Assembly: GCA_027018875.1 (NCBI GenBank)
Contig: JALUYA010000003.1
Location: 13,665 to 77,664, forward strand
Reading direction: 5' to 3'
DNA length: 64,000 nt
DNA from: Gammaproteobacteria bacterium
GTDB lineage: Bacteria; Pseudomonadota; Gammaproteobacteria; JAKDMP01
Each line of letters starts with the position of its first letter. The first letter of the stretch is position 1. The notes beneath the pieces were generated by a model. The model saw only the letters and a list, made by a program, of their open reading frames with translations. It was not told the DNA's origin and did no database searches. This document shows, piece by piece, positions 1 through 10,642 of the stretch. The position numbers were made by a program, and so were the translations under genes.

Positions 1-3
1 GAC

Positions 4-2253
4 ATGACTATTCGCTTCCTGGCCGCCTGTGCCGCCGCCCTACTTCTCGCCTCTGCGGCGGCCGCCGCGCGCCCGGCAAGCGCGGTTCGGATCAGCGCGC
101 CTGCCGTCGTCACCATACCCGGGCTCGGCCCCTGGCTCTCGGTATCGGGGCGGCCCACCCGCGCGGCATGGAGCCACGCCGCACATTTTCGCCTTGATAA
201 CGAGGTTCAGCCCGGCCACAATCGTGCGGCCCCGATTCGGACGGACGTTTACGTGGGGTATGGCCCCCAAGCCTTGTGGCTGCGCTTCCTCGCCTTCGAT
301 CCCCGGCCGCGGGATGTGCGGATCCACTACCGGCGTCGCGATGGCATCTCCGGCACCGGCGATGATTTCGTCGGCCTGTTGTTCAGCCCCTTTAATGATA
401 CCCAGTGGGCCTACGAATTCCTATGCACCGCGGGCGGGGTGGAGGCCGATGCTTTTCGCCAGCAAAAACAGGAATATTTTTCCTTCAACACCATCTGGGG
501 TTGCTCGGCACACCCCACGCCCCGCGGCTACGAGGTGGTGATGCGGATCCCGTTCCGCTCGATCAAGCTGCCACAGAGCACTCATCCCCAGACCTGGCGA
601 CTCGGGTTATTCCGCAATTGGCCGCGCAATCTTCGCCGCGTGGTTGCGCAGTTCCGGATGAACTACAACAGCAACTGCCTGCTGTGCCAGACACAAGTCG
701 TACGGACGGCAACGCCTATCACGGCCAAGGAATTGAATGTTCAAATTATTCCGGCGCTGACCGTCTCCCGGGCGGACACGCGCCCCGCGACAGATACCGC
801 AGGCCCCATGCAGGGCACCTCCCAGGCTTCGGGCGGCCTCACCGCGCGCTGGATGATCCGCCCCGACCTGGAATGGGCGGCCACCCTGAATCCAAATTTC
901 TCGGAAGTCGAACCCACCCGGCTGCAACTGACCGTCAACCAGCCGTTCGCCCTGTTTTACCCGGAGAACCGCCCTTTTTTCGAACAGGGCGCCTGGGTGT
1001 TCAACACGCCGTTCGAACTGGTCGATACCCGCCAAATTACCAACCCCCACTGGGCGACCAAGCTCGTGGGGCAGATCGGTGTCAACGCCATGGACGCGCT
1101 GATCGCAACCGATACCATGACGAATATTTTGTTGCCCGGCCCCGAGGACTCGGCTCTGCAAATCTTCAATTTCTCAACCCGGGACGCGCTGTTACGCTAC
1201 CGCTACGACCTGAGCAACGACTCCGCGCTGGGCGTGCTGCTAACGAGCCGCCAAGGCGGCGGCTACCATAACCAGGTTCTTGCTTTCGATACAAGCTGGC
1301 AACTCGGCCCCAGCGACTCGATCACCGTGCAAGTAGGAAGATCGGCGACCGCCTACCCCGGAGAGGTGGCCGATGCCTTTGGCATCGCCGCCGGAAGCGT
1401 CAGCGGCAACGCCTGGACGGCCAGGTTCCGGCGCACGCGTAAAAATTACCTGATCAGCTTCGGCCTAAGCCGCCTGGGCAGCGGCTTTCGGGCCGACCTC
1501 GGTTACTTGCCGCAAGTCGGGTACCTGGCGACAACCTCACGGGGCGAATACAACTGGTACGGCCCCAATAACGCCTGGTACCAGAACCTCGGCCTCGGCG
1601 GCGCCGCCAGGTGGGTCCGCATGACGGGAACCGGCCCGATCCTCGAGCGCAGGGTTCAAGTGTACGCATTCGGCGACGGAGGCTACCAGAGTCATCTGTT
1701 TTTCTCCCTGTCTCATGAAGATCGGTATTTCGGTGGAACCTCCTTCACGCTCAATCAGATCCAGCTCTTTGCGAAAACTCAGCCAACAGACTGGTTCCGG
1801 GGCCGGGTCGGGATTACCGCGGGGGACGGTATCGACTACACCGGGATACGCAAGGGTAAACTGCTCTCGATTGCCCCCGCCGTCACGCTCTCCCCCAGAG
1901 CCCACTTCCAGTTATCGCTGGTTACCGACTTCGAACGGCTCAACATCACCGGCGGACGTCTTTTTACCGCAAATCTCTACGATTTTCGCCTCGCCTGGTA
2001 CTTCAACCCGCGCCTGTTCGTGCGCGCGACCATCCAGGAGCAGGACGTGCGCAATAATGTTGCGCTTTACCCCCCCGGCACGGCAAGCCGGACACGCAAT
2101 CTTGCCAGCCAGTGGTTACTCGGCTATGTCCTCAACCCCTGGACGGCCTTCTACGCCGGTTTTTCCAACGGCTACCTGGAAACCGGAAATTCCGGGCTAC
2201 TCCAGCAACAGCGGACTTATTTTTTAAAATTCAGCTACGACTTTCCGCTTTGA
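4..2253 (+). CDS. exported beta-rich protein of uncertain function (possibly DUF5916/CBM9-like family)
   Basis: 749-aa ORF with ATG at 4. N-terminal signal peptide (LLLASAAAAARPASA). Aromatic-rich C-terminus ...YFLKFSYDFPL. Family name from memory only. Confidence 0.6.
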   Translation: MTIRFLAACAAALLLASAAAAARPASAVRISAPAVVTIPGLGPWLSVSGRPTRAAWSHAAHFRLDNEVQPGHNRAAPIRTDVYVGYGPQALWLRFLAFDPRPRDVRIHYRRRDGISGTGDDFVGLLFSPFNDTQWAYEFLCTAGGVEADAFRQQKQEYFSFNTIWGCSAHPTPRGYEVVMRIPFRSIKLPQSTHPQTWRLGLFRNWPRNLRRVVAQFRMNYNSNCLLCQTQVVRTATPITAKELNVQIIPALTVSRADTRPATDTAGPMQGTSQASGGLTARWMIRPDLEWAATLNPNFSEVEPTRLQLTVNQPFALFYPENRPFFEQGAWVFNTPFELVDTRQITNPHWATKLVGQIGVNAMDALIATDTMTNILLPGPEDSALQIFNFSTRDALLRYRYDLSNDSALGVLLTSRQGGGYHNQVLAFDTSWQLGPSDSITVQVGRSATAYPGEVADAFGIAAGSVSGNAWTARFRRTRKNYLISFGLSRLGSGFRADLGYLPQVGYLATTSRGEYNWYGPNNAWYQNLGLGGAARWVRMTGTGPILERRVQVYAFGDGGYQSHLFFSLSHEDRYFGGTSFTLNQIQLFAKTQPTDWFRGRVGITAGDGIDYTGIRKGKLLSIAPAVTLSPRAHFQLSLVTDFERLNITGGRLFTANLYDFRLAWYFNPRLFVRATIQEQDVRNNVALYPPGTASRTRNLASQWLLGYVLNPWTAFYAGFSNGYLETGNSGLLQQQRTYFLKFSYDFPL

Positions 2254-2334
2254 GCCCCGCCAATACCGCCGCCCCCCGGTCAGCGTACGAAGACGGCACC
2301 GGCAAGTTTGAGGGAGGCCGGCCCAGAAATCCTT

Positions 2335-3135
2335 TCACCGCCGCAGTCGGGGAGCCAAAACGACACTCGCAAGATAGGCCGCGAAGGCCAGGCCAACGAT
2401 CCAGAAGCTGGTCGGATAACCGATAAACCAGGCCGCGAGAACCCCCCCGGTCGCCTCCACCATCCCCAGCACCACGGCCAAAACGATGCCGGTAACCACC
2501 CGGCCCGCCCACAGCCGGGCCGCGGCGGGAGGCCCAATCACCAGGGCAAAGACCAGTAGCGCTCCAATCGCGGGTATGGCAATCGCGATGGCCACCGCAA
2601 GTAACAACAAAAAGGCCATGTTCAGCGCCCACACCGGAACCCCGCGGGCCTGTGCCGCCTCGGGGCTCAGGGTTGCAAACAACAGCGGCCGGGCTATTGC
2701 CGCCAGCAGCCCGAGTTCGCCCAGTACGGCACCGATGCTCAGCCACATCCGGGTGCGGTCAATGCCAAGCATGTTGCCGAACAGGATCGAGAAGGCGGCG
2801 TTGGCATTGGCCATATACAGGTTCAGAAACAGCACTCCAACCCCGAGCGCCAACACCAGCACCATGCCGACACTCACGTCGCGTTCGTGCAGCCGTTCGC
2901 CCAGGAGAGCGATCGCCACGGCGCCGGCGAGCGCAAATGCAAACAGCCCGGCATAGGGGCTGAGTCCGACCAGGATCGCCCCCGCGGCACCGGGGAACCC
3001 GAGGTTGGCTATCGCGTGCGCGGCAAAGGACTGGCGCCGCTGCACCACGAACCAGCCGGTGACGGCGGCCGCCACCGCCACGGCATTGCCCACCAACAGG
3101 GCATTTTGCATGAAGCCATAGTCGAGCAGGTTCAT
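2335..3135 (-). CDS. metal (Zn/Mn-type) ABC transporter permease
   Basis: ORF 2335..3396 trimmed to the ATG at 3135 (MNLLDYGFMQNALL...). ATGA overlap with the stop of the upstream ATPase. Polytopic ZnuB/MntB-like sequence. Confidence 0.85.
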   Translation of the reverse strand: MNLLDYGFMQNALLVGNAVAVAAAVTGWFVVQRRQSFAAHAIANLGFPGAAGAILVGLSPYAGLFAFALAGAVAIALLGERLHERDVSVGMVLVLALGVGVLFLNLYMANANAAFSILFGNMLGIDRTRMWLSIGAVLGELGLLAAIARPLLFATLSPEAAQARGVPVWALNMAFLLLLAVAIAIAIPAIGALLVFALVIGPPAAARLWAGRVVTGIVLAVVLGMVEATGGVLAAWFIGYPTSFWIVGLAFAAYLASVVLAPRLRR

Positions 3136-3947
3136 TTCAGGCCGGACGGATGGTGGTGATGGGTATCGCGCTCGGGCATGAAGCCGTGCGCCGGAAACAC
3201 GAATATTCTCCCCGAATTTCTCACCACATGCATGGGGGACCCGTACAGGCTGCTCAACTTGTCGTCCCGTAACACCTCGTCGACCCTCCCCAGGCAGGCG
3301 CGCCCCGCGGCCATAAACAACACCCGATCCATGGCCGCGGTCAGCGGGTTGATGTCGTGAGCGGACAAGACGACGGTCAAGCCTTCCTGCCGGCATAGCC
3401 CGCGGACAAGTTCAATGAAATCCACCTGTGCCGCAGGGTCCAGGCTTGCTAATGGCTCGTCCAACAGGAGCAGCCGCGGGCGGTTGACCAGCGCCTGGGC
3501 TAAAAGAAACCGGTGACGCTGCCCTCCCGATAGCCGCTCGAGTGCCCGCTCGGCAAAGGCCGTGGCCCCGACCCGCTCGAGCGCTTCGTCGATCGCCGTG
3601 GCCGCCGCCGCGCGCCCGAGTGCGACTCCCCAGCGTTGCCCCCGCCAAGCCGCAGCGACAAAGGCACGTCCCGAAAGCGTGCCCTCAAGCGCGGCAGGGG
3701 CCTGTTGGGGCACATAGCCGACCCGGATCCGCCCCTGCCGTGGCGGCAACCCCAGCAGGCGGATCCGACCGGCCGAGGGCGGCAACAGCCCCAGCACCAC
3801 CCGGAATAAGGTGGTCTTTCCCGCGCCATTGGCGCCGAACAAGCCGACGAAACACCCGGTAGGAATCTCCAGGTTCAGGCTCTCAAGAACCGCGCCTCCC
3901 CCCAGGTGCACACTGAGATTTTCGGTACATAGAGCCGGGAGGGTCAT
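3132..3947 (-). CDS. metal ABC transporter ATP-binding protein
   Basis: Walker A GANGAGKTT, signature LSGGQRHR, Walker B LLLLDEP. 4-nt overlaps on both sides. Confidence 0.9.
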   Translation of the reverse strand: MTLPALCTENLSVHLGGGAVLESLNLEIPTGCFVGLFGANGAGKTTLFRVVLGLLPPSAGRIRLLGLPPRQGRIRVGYVPQQAPAALEGTLSGRAFVAAAWRGQRWGVALGRAAAATAIDEALERVGATAFAERALERLSGGQRHRFLLAQALVNRPRLLLLDEPLASLDPAAQVDFIELVRGLCRQEGLTVVLSAHDINPLTAAMDRVLFMAAGRACLGRVDEVLRDDKLSSLYGSPMHVVRNSGRIFVFPAHGFMPERDTHHHHPSGLK

Positions 3948-4837
3948 CGAGGGGAGGCCACGCCCCGGGCCAGGGCGGCGGCAAGACGCTCCAGCGTGGC
4001 GAGCTGCCAGGCCACATAGCCTTGCCCCGGTCGCGGCACCGGGCTTACGGGCACCCCGGGTACACCGGCCCCGCGGGCGATCTCCACCATTCGTTGCCCA
4101 AGGGGACCCAGGGCCGCCGGATTGTAGATCAACACCCGGAGCCGGCGCCGCCGCAAGGCGGTGACGAAGGCCGCGACGGTTTTAGGTGAAGGGCTGGAAT
4201 GGTTCATCAAGGCCAACCGAAAGGAGCGAAACGGCGCCTCAAAGCCAAGCAGTCGCAGCATATAGCCATACACCGGCACGGTGGCCGCCACCCGGGCACC
4301 CGGATAGCGCGCCGCGAGCGCCTGGATCCGCACCCAGACCGGGAGCAGCGCCTGTTCGAACTCGATGTAGCGCCGCTCGTACCCGGGACCATGGGCCGGG
4401 TCCACCCGGGTAAAGGCCCGCCGCAACGCCGCGGCGGCAATCAAGGCCGCACGCGGATCATAAAAAATATGCGGGTTGCGCTCCGCCGGCACCAACCCCC
4501 GGGCCAATTCACCCACCACGATGACTTGGCGCCGGGGATCGGGGCGGGTCGCCAGTATTTTCCCCAGCCAGGGGTCGAAGCCCAGGCCGTTACGGATGAT
4601 GACCTGCGCCTCCAGGGCCTCGCGGGCATCCCGTGGGTTGGGCATGAAATCATGCGGATCGACATTCGCATTGACGATAATACTCGTGACCTTGACCCGA
4701 GTGCCGCCGATGAACCGGGCGATGTCACCATAGCTGGACTCCGCGGCCAGCACCGCAACAGGCGCCGCTCGGGCCATCGTCCCATGAGCGGCAACCAGCA
4801 GAATCGCGCAGAGCATCAGTAAACGGGAAACACGCAT
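3944..4837 (-). CDS. metal ABC transporter substrate-binding protein (ZnuA/TroA-like)
   Basis: The ATG at 4837 gives signal peptide MRVSRLLMLCAILLVAAHGTMARA. Cluster-9 SBP-like sequence. First gene of a coupled three-gene operon. Confidence 0.8.
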   Translation of the reverse strand: MRVSRLLMLCAILLVAAHGTMARAAPVAVLAAESSYGDIARFIGGTRVKVTSIIVNANVDPHDFMPNPRDAREALEAQVIIRNGLGFDPWLGKILATRPDPRRQVIVVGELARGLVPAERNPHIFYDPRAALIAAAALRRAFTRVDPAHGPGYERRYIEFEQALLPVWVRIQALAARYPGARVAATVPVYGYMLRLLGFEAPFRSFRLALMNHSSPSPKTVAAFVTALRRRRLRVLIYNPAALGPLGQRMVEIARGAGVPGVPVSPVPRPGQGYVAWQLATLERLAAALARGVASPR

Positions 4838-4955
4838 CCGGGAACGCCTCCAGCAACAAGGATTGCTAAATATAACGGATGGGATCACCGACATATTCCC
4901 CGGCCGGAACCGCAGCTCGGAATCGCACCGACCGGCCTCATTTTAGCGCCCCGGG

Positions 4956-5738
4956 TCAACGCAGGATTCGCCGCCGGAAAAGCCATACGGCCACTCCCCC
5001 GGCGACCAGGAGGTAGGCGAGAATCACGCCGCCGTGCAGCCACGCCTGTTGCGGCACGGTGCCGGCCAGTAACGGGCGGATCAGCGCGATGGCATGCACC
5101 AGGGGGAAAAACTGCATCGTGAGTACCACCCCATGTGGCAACTCCGCGAGCGGAAAGAAAACCCCGGACAGCAGCAACAGCGGCGTCAAGACCAGGGTGA
5201 AATAGTACATGAAAAAATCGTAGCTGGGCGCAAAGGCCGTCACGATCATAGCCAGTGCGGCAAAGGCGAGACCGGTTGCCAGCGCCACCGGTAGCGCGAG
5301 AAGCGCCGTCCAGCCTCCGACCAACCCCAGTGCCGCGGCCACGATCAGGATCGCCGTGGTATTGATCAGGGCCTTCGAGCCGGCCCACAGAATCTCCCCG
5401 ATGACAACATCCTCGACCCCCAACGGGGTCGCCAGCATCGCCGCCCAGGTGTGCTGAACATTAAGCCGGGTGTAGGCCGAATACATCGCCTCGAACGAAG
5501 CCGCGGTCATGGCGCTCGAACACAGGATGCCACTGGCAAGGAACTCGATATAGCTGATCTGACCGACCCGCCCCACCATGCGCCCGAAGCCGTAACCCAG
5601 CGCCAGCAGATACAGTACCGGTTCACCGAAGTTGCCGAGCAGGGACGGCACCATGAGCTTGCGCCAAACATGGAAGTTACGCAACCACACCGGCCAGGCA
5701 TAGCGCCCCGGGATCGAATATCTTCCGCCCAATGGCAT
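4956..5738 (-). CDS. ABC-2 type exporter permease (NodJ-like)
   Basis: ORF trimmed to the ATG at 5738 (MPLGGRYSIPGRYAWPVWLRNF...). 1-nt overlap with the stop of the upstream ATPase. Six hydrophobic segments. Confidence 0.8.
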   Translation of the reverse strand: MPLGGRYSIPGRYAWPVWLRNFHVWRKLMVPSLLGNFGEPVLYLLALGYGFGRMVGRVGQISYIEFLASGILCSSAMTAASFEAMYSAYTRLNVQHTWAAMLATPLGVEDVVIGEILWAGSKALINTTAILIVAAALGLVGGWTALLALPVALATGLAFAALAMIVTAFAPSYDFFMYYFTLVLTPLLLLSGVFFPLAELPHGVVLTMQFFPLVHAIALIRPLLAGTVPQQAWLHGGVILAYLLVAGGVAVWLFRRRILR

Positions 5739-6706
5739 CAGCGGTCCCTCAGGTCGCGCCCGGTCAGGCGAAAAAACACGTCTTCCAGGTTCCCGGGGCG
5801 ATACCAGTATTGCTCGCCCGCGCACCCCGAAAGCCAGGCACGCACCGGCTCGGGCGAGCGGGCATAGACCAGCGTGGTCTCCCCGACGCGTTCGATATGC
5901 ACGCCCTCCAACCGCGCCAGGTCTGCGGCGCGGGAGACCAGATCCGGGGCGGTAAATTCAAATACATGCGCTTCGACATGTTCGCCGATCAGCGCGTGTG
6001 GACTGCCGATGGCCACCAGGCGACCGCCGTCGATAATTGCCACCCGGTCGCACAGGCGTTCCGCCTCCTCCATGTAGTGGGTAGTGAGAAACAGGGTGCG
6101 CCCGGACGCCAGCAGGCTGCGCAACCGCTGCCAGATCAACTGCCGTGCCTGCGGGTCAAGCCCCGTGGTGGGCTCGTCCAGCACCAGCAGCCGGGGGTCG
6201 TTCACCAGGGCCCGGGCCAAGGTGAGGCGGCGCTGCATCCCGCCCGACAGCTCATGAATGCGCGCGCCCTCCCGGCCCTCGAGGGCGGCGAATTCAAGCA
6301 GTGCACTCGTCCCCCGGCGCATCGCGCGGGGCTTGATGCCAAAATAGCGGGCATAGCTCAGCAGATTTTCCAATACGGTGAAATCCGGGTCGAGATTGTC
6401 TTCCTGGGCCACGACCCCGATCCGGGCCCGTGCCGCCCGCGCCTCGCCCGGCATCGAGTAGCCCAGCACCTCGATCCGCCCGGCCGAGGGTGGCGTATGC
6501 GCCAGCAACATCCGCAGCACCGTGGTCTTGCCGGCACCATTGGGTCCCAAAAGACCGAAGCACTCTCCCCGATCAATGGAAAACGAGATATCATCCACCA
6601 CCATCCGCCCCGCATAGCGTTTCTCCAGGCCCTCGACGATGACCGCCTTTGATGCGCCGGCAACCGCGGGAATCAACACACGAGCGAGACCTTGCGAACA
6701 CTCCAT
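5738..6706 (-). CDS. ABC exporter ATP-binding protein (NodI-like)
   Basis: GPNGAGKTT, LSGGMQRRLTLARAL, LLVLDEPTTGLD. Long-range resemblance to NodI as I remember it. Confidence 0.9.
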   Translation of the reverse strand: MECSQGLARVLIPAVAGASKAVIVEGLEKRYAGRMVVDDISFSIDRGECFGLLGPNGAGKTTVLRMLLAHTPPSAGRIEVLGYSMPGEARAARARIGVVAQEDNLDPDFTVLENLLSYARYFGIKPRAMRRGTSALLEFAALEGREGARIHELSGGMQRRLTLARALVNDPRLLVLDEPTTGLDPQARQLIWQRLRSLLASGRTLFLTTHYMEEAERLCDRVAIIDGGRLVAIGSPHALIGEHVEAHVFEFTAPDLVSRAADLARLEGVHIERVGETTLVYARSPEPVRAWLSGCAGEQYWYRPGNLEDVFFRLTGRDLRDR

Positions 6707-6871
6707 GGGTCATGCACTCTAACAAACGCGATCCGTTCACGGGAATGCGTGCGATACTTTCCCATCGGGAATGGTTTGCATCGGCGCCTCCCGAGCTGTA
6801 GCATTTTCCGCCTGCCGGAATCGAGGCCCCCCTCGAGCCCGACACCCATGCACCATGACAAGGAGTTTTAT

Positions 6872-7570
6872 ATGCCCAATCTGCCCAAACCGCTGCTTAT
6901 CGGTGCGGCTTTTCTTGGATTTATCTACCTGTATCCGGGCGCGGCTCACGCCCAGGATCCGGGTTCCTACTTCATTTCCGTCGATGCAGGGCGCAGCCAC
7001 CAGGGAACCGTGAACAATATAGGCAACAGCCTTGCCGTTCAGTTTTTACGGCAATTCAACCAGGGGCTGTTGAGCGCCTATGAGGTCAGCAGCGCCAATA
7101 CGGCGACCGGATTCGGCATCCATTTCGGCTACCGTCTCGATCGCCGGGTGGCGTTTACGCTCGGCTACGAGGATTTTGGCAGTGCCACCGGCGACTACTC
7201 GCTTACCGGGTCCAGCGGCGGCAAGGCGGGGGGCAGCTTCAGTATCCGGAACCGCGGAGTACTTCTAACCGTGCTTTCACACTATAACTTCACCCAAGAG
7301 TTCCGCGTCTATGGAAATCTCGGCCTGATCTACGCCAAAACCGATTTCGCGCGTAATTGCAACGGCCCGGCCAGCCTGTGCCAGCCCCTGGTCGGCTCGA
7401 ACAGCGTCCGCAAGTGGGCTCCCATGCTTGAGTTCGGCCTGGAATACCGGTTTATTCCACAATTGAGCGGCAGAATCGGCTACGGCTACTACTATCATCT
7501 TGGGGATGGCTCCATCGGCGGTAGGACAAATATCCGCTACCTCTCCCTGGGGCTCGTCTACGGCTTTTGA
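6872..7570 (+). CDS. outer-membrane beta-barrel protein (OmpA-like/porin family)
   Basis: AGGAG at 6861-6865 upstream of the ATG at 6872. Signal peptide ending AAHA. Alternating hydrophobic strands. C-terminal ...LSLGLVYGF. Confidence 0.75.
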   Translation: MPNLPKPLLIGAAFLGFIYLYPGAAHAQDPGSYFISVDAGRSHQGTVNNIGNSLAVQFLRQFNQGLLSAYEVSSANTATGFGIHFGYRLDRRVAFTLGYEDFGSATGDYSLTGSSGGKAGGSFSIRNRGVLLTVLSHYNFTQEFRVYGNLGLIYAKTDFARNCNGPASLCQPLVGSNSVRKWAPMLEFGLEYRFIPQLSGRIGYGYYYHLGDGSIGGRTNIRYLSLGLVYGF

Positions 7571-7652
7571 GGCCGGCGGTTCCACCCGCAGGATAGCCGC
7601 CCGGACGGTCACGGAGGATGGCCCCATGGCCGGGGATGCAAACGAGTACCGA

Positions 7653-8645
7653 TCAGCGCATGTATCGATATACGCCGTGCCGATCGCGGGGTCGTTCGAT
7701 TTCCCCCCGCCGCCACAGGTGGTTTAGATGCGCCACCGTCTCGCCCAGCGCAAAGGGCAGGCTCCCAGGGTCCAACTCATGCGGGAACAGCCGCAACAGC
7801 ATCTCGGCGGCACTGACCGAGCCGGCCGTGCCAATGGCCTCGCGCAACAAGTCCAGCCGCGCCGCGTGATGTGCCTGAATCGCCGCTATCCGTTCGTGGA
7901 TACCCCGATAGGGACTGCCGTGGGCAGGTAAAATCAACCCATCGGTCGGCAGATCCCGCCGCAGTCCATCCAGGGCCCGCAGGTAATCGCCCAGGGGATC
8001 GGCATCCGGATCCTCCGGCCAAACCGAAATGTTAGGGGTGATCCGGGGAAGCAAAATGTCGCCGGCGACAACGATCGGCGCCTGGTCCCGGGTCAGCAGG
8101 GCATGCGCGGGAGAATGTCCACCGGCAAAACGCACGGACCATTCCGGAGCAAAATCCAGTGCTCCTTTCAACAGGGCAAGGCTGCGCTCCGGCAATACCG
8201 GCACCATGTAGCGATACCCATTGCCACGCCCGAAACCGGGGGCGGAACCACTCAGGCCGTGGGCGATAAAAAACCGGCTCATGTGCAGCGTGAGTTCGTC
8301 CGCCCCAAGCGCATGGATCTGCCGAGCCTTGGCAATCTCGGGTGCGGGGACCAGGATCTTCGCACCCAGGCCTTCGAGAGCGGCCGCCTGGCCGATATGA
8401 TCCGGATGGAAATGGGTCACTACCACCTTGGAACAGGGTGCCCGGGACCACAGGGAATCCCAAAGTTCACGGGTTTCGCGGTTGCCCAACCCGGTGTCCA
8501 CCAGTATCGTGCCGCCCGAAGTCTCGATGCGATAGACGTTTACATGCCGCGGGGGAAAGCTCAGGGGCAGGCGAATCCACTCAACGCCCGCGGCCAGGGC
8601 CAGGGGGCTGGCAAAGCCCGGCTCTGAGCCAGGGTACTCAAGCAT
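7653..8645 (-). CDS. MBL-fold metallo-hydrolase
   Basis: HxHxDH motif (VVTHFHPDHIG). 330 aa. 8-nt overlap with the upstream oxidase gene. Confidence 0.85.
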   Translation of the reverse strand: MLEYPGSEPGFASPLALAAGVEWIRLPLSFPPRHVNVYRIETSGGTILVDTGLGNRETRELWDSLWSRAPCSKVVVTHFHPDHIGQAAALEGLGAKILVPAPEIAKARQIHALGADELTLHMSRFFIAHGLSGSAPGFGRGNGYRYMVPVLPERSLALLKGALDFAPEWSVRFAGGHSPAHALLTRDQAPIVVAGDILLPRITPNISVWPEDPDADPLGDYLRALDGLRRDLPTDGLILPAHGSPYRGIHERIAAIQAHHAARLDLLREAIGTAGSVSAAEMLLRLFPHELDPGSLPFALGETVAHLNHLWRRGEIERPRDRHGVYRYMR

Positions 8646-10047
8646 CGGCGTTCACCTCGGCCAAGGGCAATGTTTTACCACGATTCAATATTCCGTGAGG
8701 ATCAAAAACCTGTTTGATCCCGCGCATCAGATCCAGCACCGGCGGCGCGAGTTCCATGGCGATAAAGTCCCGCTTGGTCAGCCCCACGCCATGCTCTCCC
8801 GACAGGGTTCCCCCCAAATCGAGTACCGCCTGGAATACCTTGGGCAAAGCAACGGCGGCTTCCTCGCGCTCGCGTGGGTCATCGGGGTCGAACAAGAGGT
8901 TGACGTGCAGGTTGCCGTTACCGACATGGCCAAAGCTCACAATGGGGATAGCGGCCTCAGCGGCCAAGGATTCGAGCCGCGCAACCAATGCGGGAACCTG
9001 CGAAACCGGCACTACGACATCCTCGTTGATCTTGCCCTCGCGCAAGCAGCGCAGTGCCGGCGACAGCGACTTGCGGGCCCGCCGGAGTTCGCCCGCCTCC
9101 CGCTCATTGGCCGCGGCATCGACACCCAGGCACCCCGGGCCCGCGGCCGCGCGGGAAACATTGCCGACGGCCCGGTCAAGTGCCCCGTGGGCGCCCTCCA
9201 CCTCAATCAACAGCAAGGCCCCCGCCGCCTCGGGCAGCACGACACCTTGCCCCCGCACCAGGTCCAGGGCGGCGCGATCCATGAACTCCAGCACCCAGGG
9301 TAAATCGGGACGGGACATGATCCGGGTCACGGCAGCTGCGGCCGCCGAAACATTGGTATAGCAGGCCCGCAAGGTTATCACCGCCTCGGGCCAGGGCCAG
9401 AGCTTCAACGTGGCCCGGGTAATGATACCCAGGGTTCCTTCCGAACCCAATAACAGCCGGGTCAGGTCGTAGCCCACCACCCCCTTGGTGGTGTGCGTGC
9501 CGACCCGAATGATTTCACCGGTTCCGGTTACCGCGCTGAGCCCGAGGATGTTTTCCCGCGGTGTTCCATACTTGACCGCGTGCGGGCCCGCGGCGTTACA
9601 TCCCAGGTTTCCACCCAGGGTGGAATAGGCCGCGGAACTCGGATCGGGCGGCCAGAACAGTCCCTGTTCCCGCGCCGCGGCCTGAATCCCAGTATTGCTC
9701 ACTCCGGCCTCGGCAATAAGATAACGATCCGCCGCATGCACCGCTACGATCCGGTTCATGCGCTCGGTAGAGATCACCAGGGCGCCTTCGCTCGGCACGG
9801 TCGCCCCCACCGTGTTACTGCCCAGGCCACGCACGACCACCGGCCAGTACGCCGCGTGACAAATCCGCACGATGGCCGCCACCTCGGCTTCGGTTTGCGG
9901 GAAGGCCACCGCGCCCGCCTCCCCCCGCCGGCGGCTGTTGTCGTAGGCATAGGCCGTGCGTTCGGCCGCCTCGGTATGCAGCCGCCCGGCACCCAGCACC
10001 TTCCGGAGAGAGGCCGCAAGCGCCGTGGGGAAAGGAGCCGCTTTCAT
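8638..10047 (-). CDS. FAD-linked oxidase (GlcD / D-lactate dehydrogenase-like)
   Basis: FAD-binding PCMH-type N-terminal region and C-terminal GxGxxK-type region (GEHGVGLTKRDF). Start set at the in-frame ATG at 10047, just downstream of the diaA-like stop. Confidence 0.85.
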   Translation of the reverse strand: MKAAPFPTALAASLRKVLGAGRLHTEAAERTAYAYDNSRRRGEAGAVAFPQTEAEVAAIVRICHAAYWPVVVRGLGSNTVGATVPSEGALVISTERMNRIVAVHAADRYLIAEAGVSNTGIQAAAREQGLFWPPDPSSAAYSTLGGNLGCNAAGPHAVKYGTPRENILGLSAVTGTGEIIRVGTHTTKGVVGYDLTRLLLGSEGTLGIITRATLKLWPWPEAVITLRACYTNVSAAAAAVTRIMSRPDLPWVLEFMDRAALDLVRGQGVVLPEAAGALLLIEVEGAHGALDRAVGNVSRAAAGPGCLGVDAAANEREAGELRRARKSLSPALRCLREGKINEDVVVPVSQVPALVARLESLAAEAAIPIVSFGHVGNGNLHVNLLFDPDDPREREEAAVALPKVFQAVLDLGGTLSGEHGVGLTKRDFIAMELAPPVLDLMRGIKQVFDPHGILNRGKTLPLAEVNADA

Positions 10048-10054
10048 GAGCACA

Positions 10055-10642
10055 TCATTCAGGGTACAGGCGGGCATCGACCAGGTCACACAGGCAGTGC
10101 AAAATCAGGCCGTGTACCTCCTGGATATGTGCCGTGCGTGTGCCCGGAACCCGCAATTCCAGATCGCCCGCCAGCAACGCCCGGGCCATGGCGCCTCCCT
10201 CCCGTCCACTCAAGATCAACCCCCAGGCCCCGGCCTGGTGTGCCGCCTGCAGCGCCGCCAACACATTGGGCGAATCCCCGCTGGTGGAAATGCCGATCAG
10301 GACATCGCCCGGACGCGCCAACGCCGTTACCTGCTTGGAAAAAACTTGGTCGAAGCCATAATCGTTGCCGATCGCGGTCAGTGCCGAGGTATCGGTCGTC
10401 AACGCGATCGCAGCCAACGGGGACCGTTCACGCTCGAACCGACCGGTAAACTCGGCGGCCAAATGCTGGGCATCGGCCGCCGAACCCCCGTTGCCACAGG
10501 CAAGGATTTTACCGCCCGAGCCCAAGGTGTCGGCAAGCCGATCCGCGGCCTCACCGATGCGGGCGGCCAGCTGATCCCGCGCCCGCAACTGGGTTTCCGC
10601 GGCCGTGCGGAAATACTCACGAACCCGTTCAGTTGCATTCAT
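10055..10642 (-). CDS. diaA: SIS-domain protein (DnaA initiator-associating DiaA / phosphoheptose isomerase family)
   Basis: CGNGGSAADAQHLAAEF and ISTSGDS motifs. Synteny lpoA-yraN-diaA as in E. coli. ATGA overlap with yraN. Confidence 0.75.
   Translation of the reverse strand: MNATERVREYFRTAAETQLRARDQLAARIGEAADRLADTLGSGGKILACGNGGSAADAQHLAAEFTGRFERERSPLAAIALTTDTSALTAIGNDYGFDQVFSKQVTALARPGDVLIGISTSGDSPNVLAALQAAHQAGAWGLILSGREGGAMARALLAGDLELRVPGTRTAHIQEVHGLILHCLCDLVDARLYPE

Noticed and set aside
4865-4878. AT-rich GCTAAATATAACGG upstream of the metal ABC operon, as a possible Zur/Mur box.
   Set aside because: Only one half-site (GTTATA on the minus strand) matches the Zur palindrome I remember. 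The second half does not.
7653-10047. The MBL hydrolase plus FAD-linked oxidase as a glyoxalase II / D-lactate dehydrogenase pair.
   Set aside because: The MBL protein is longer than GloB and ends in a winged-helix-like tail reminiscent of LACTB2-type proteins. The functional link is too speculative to report.
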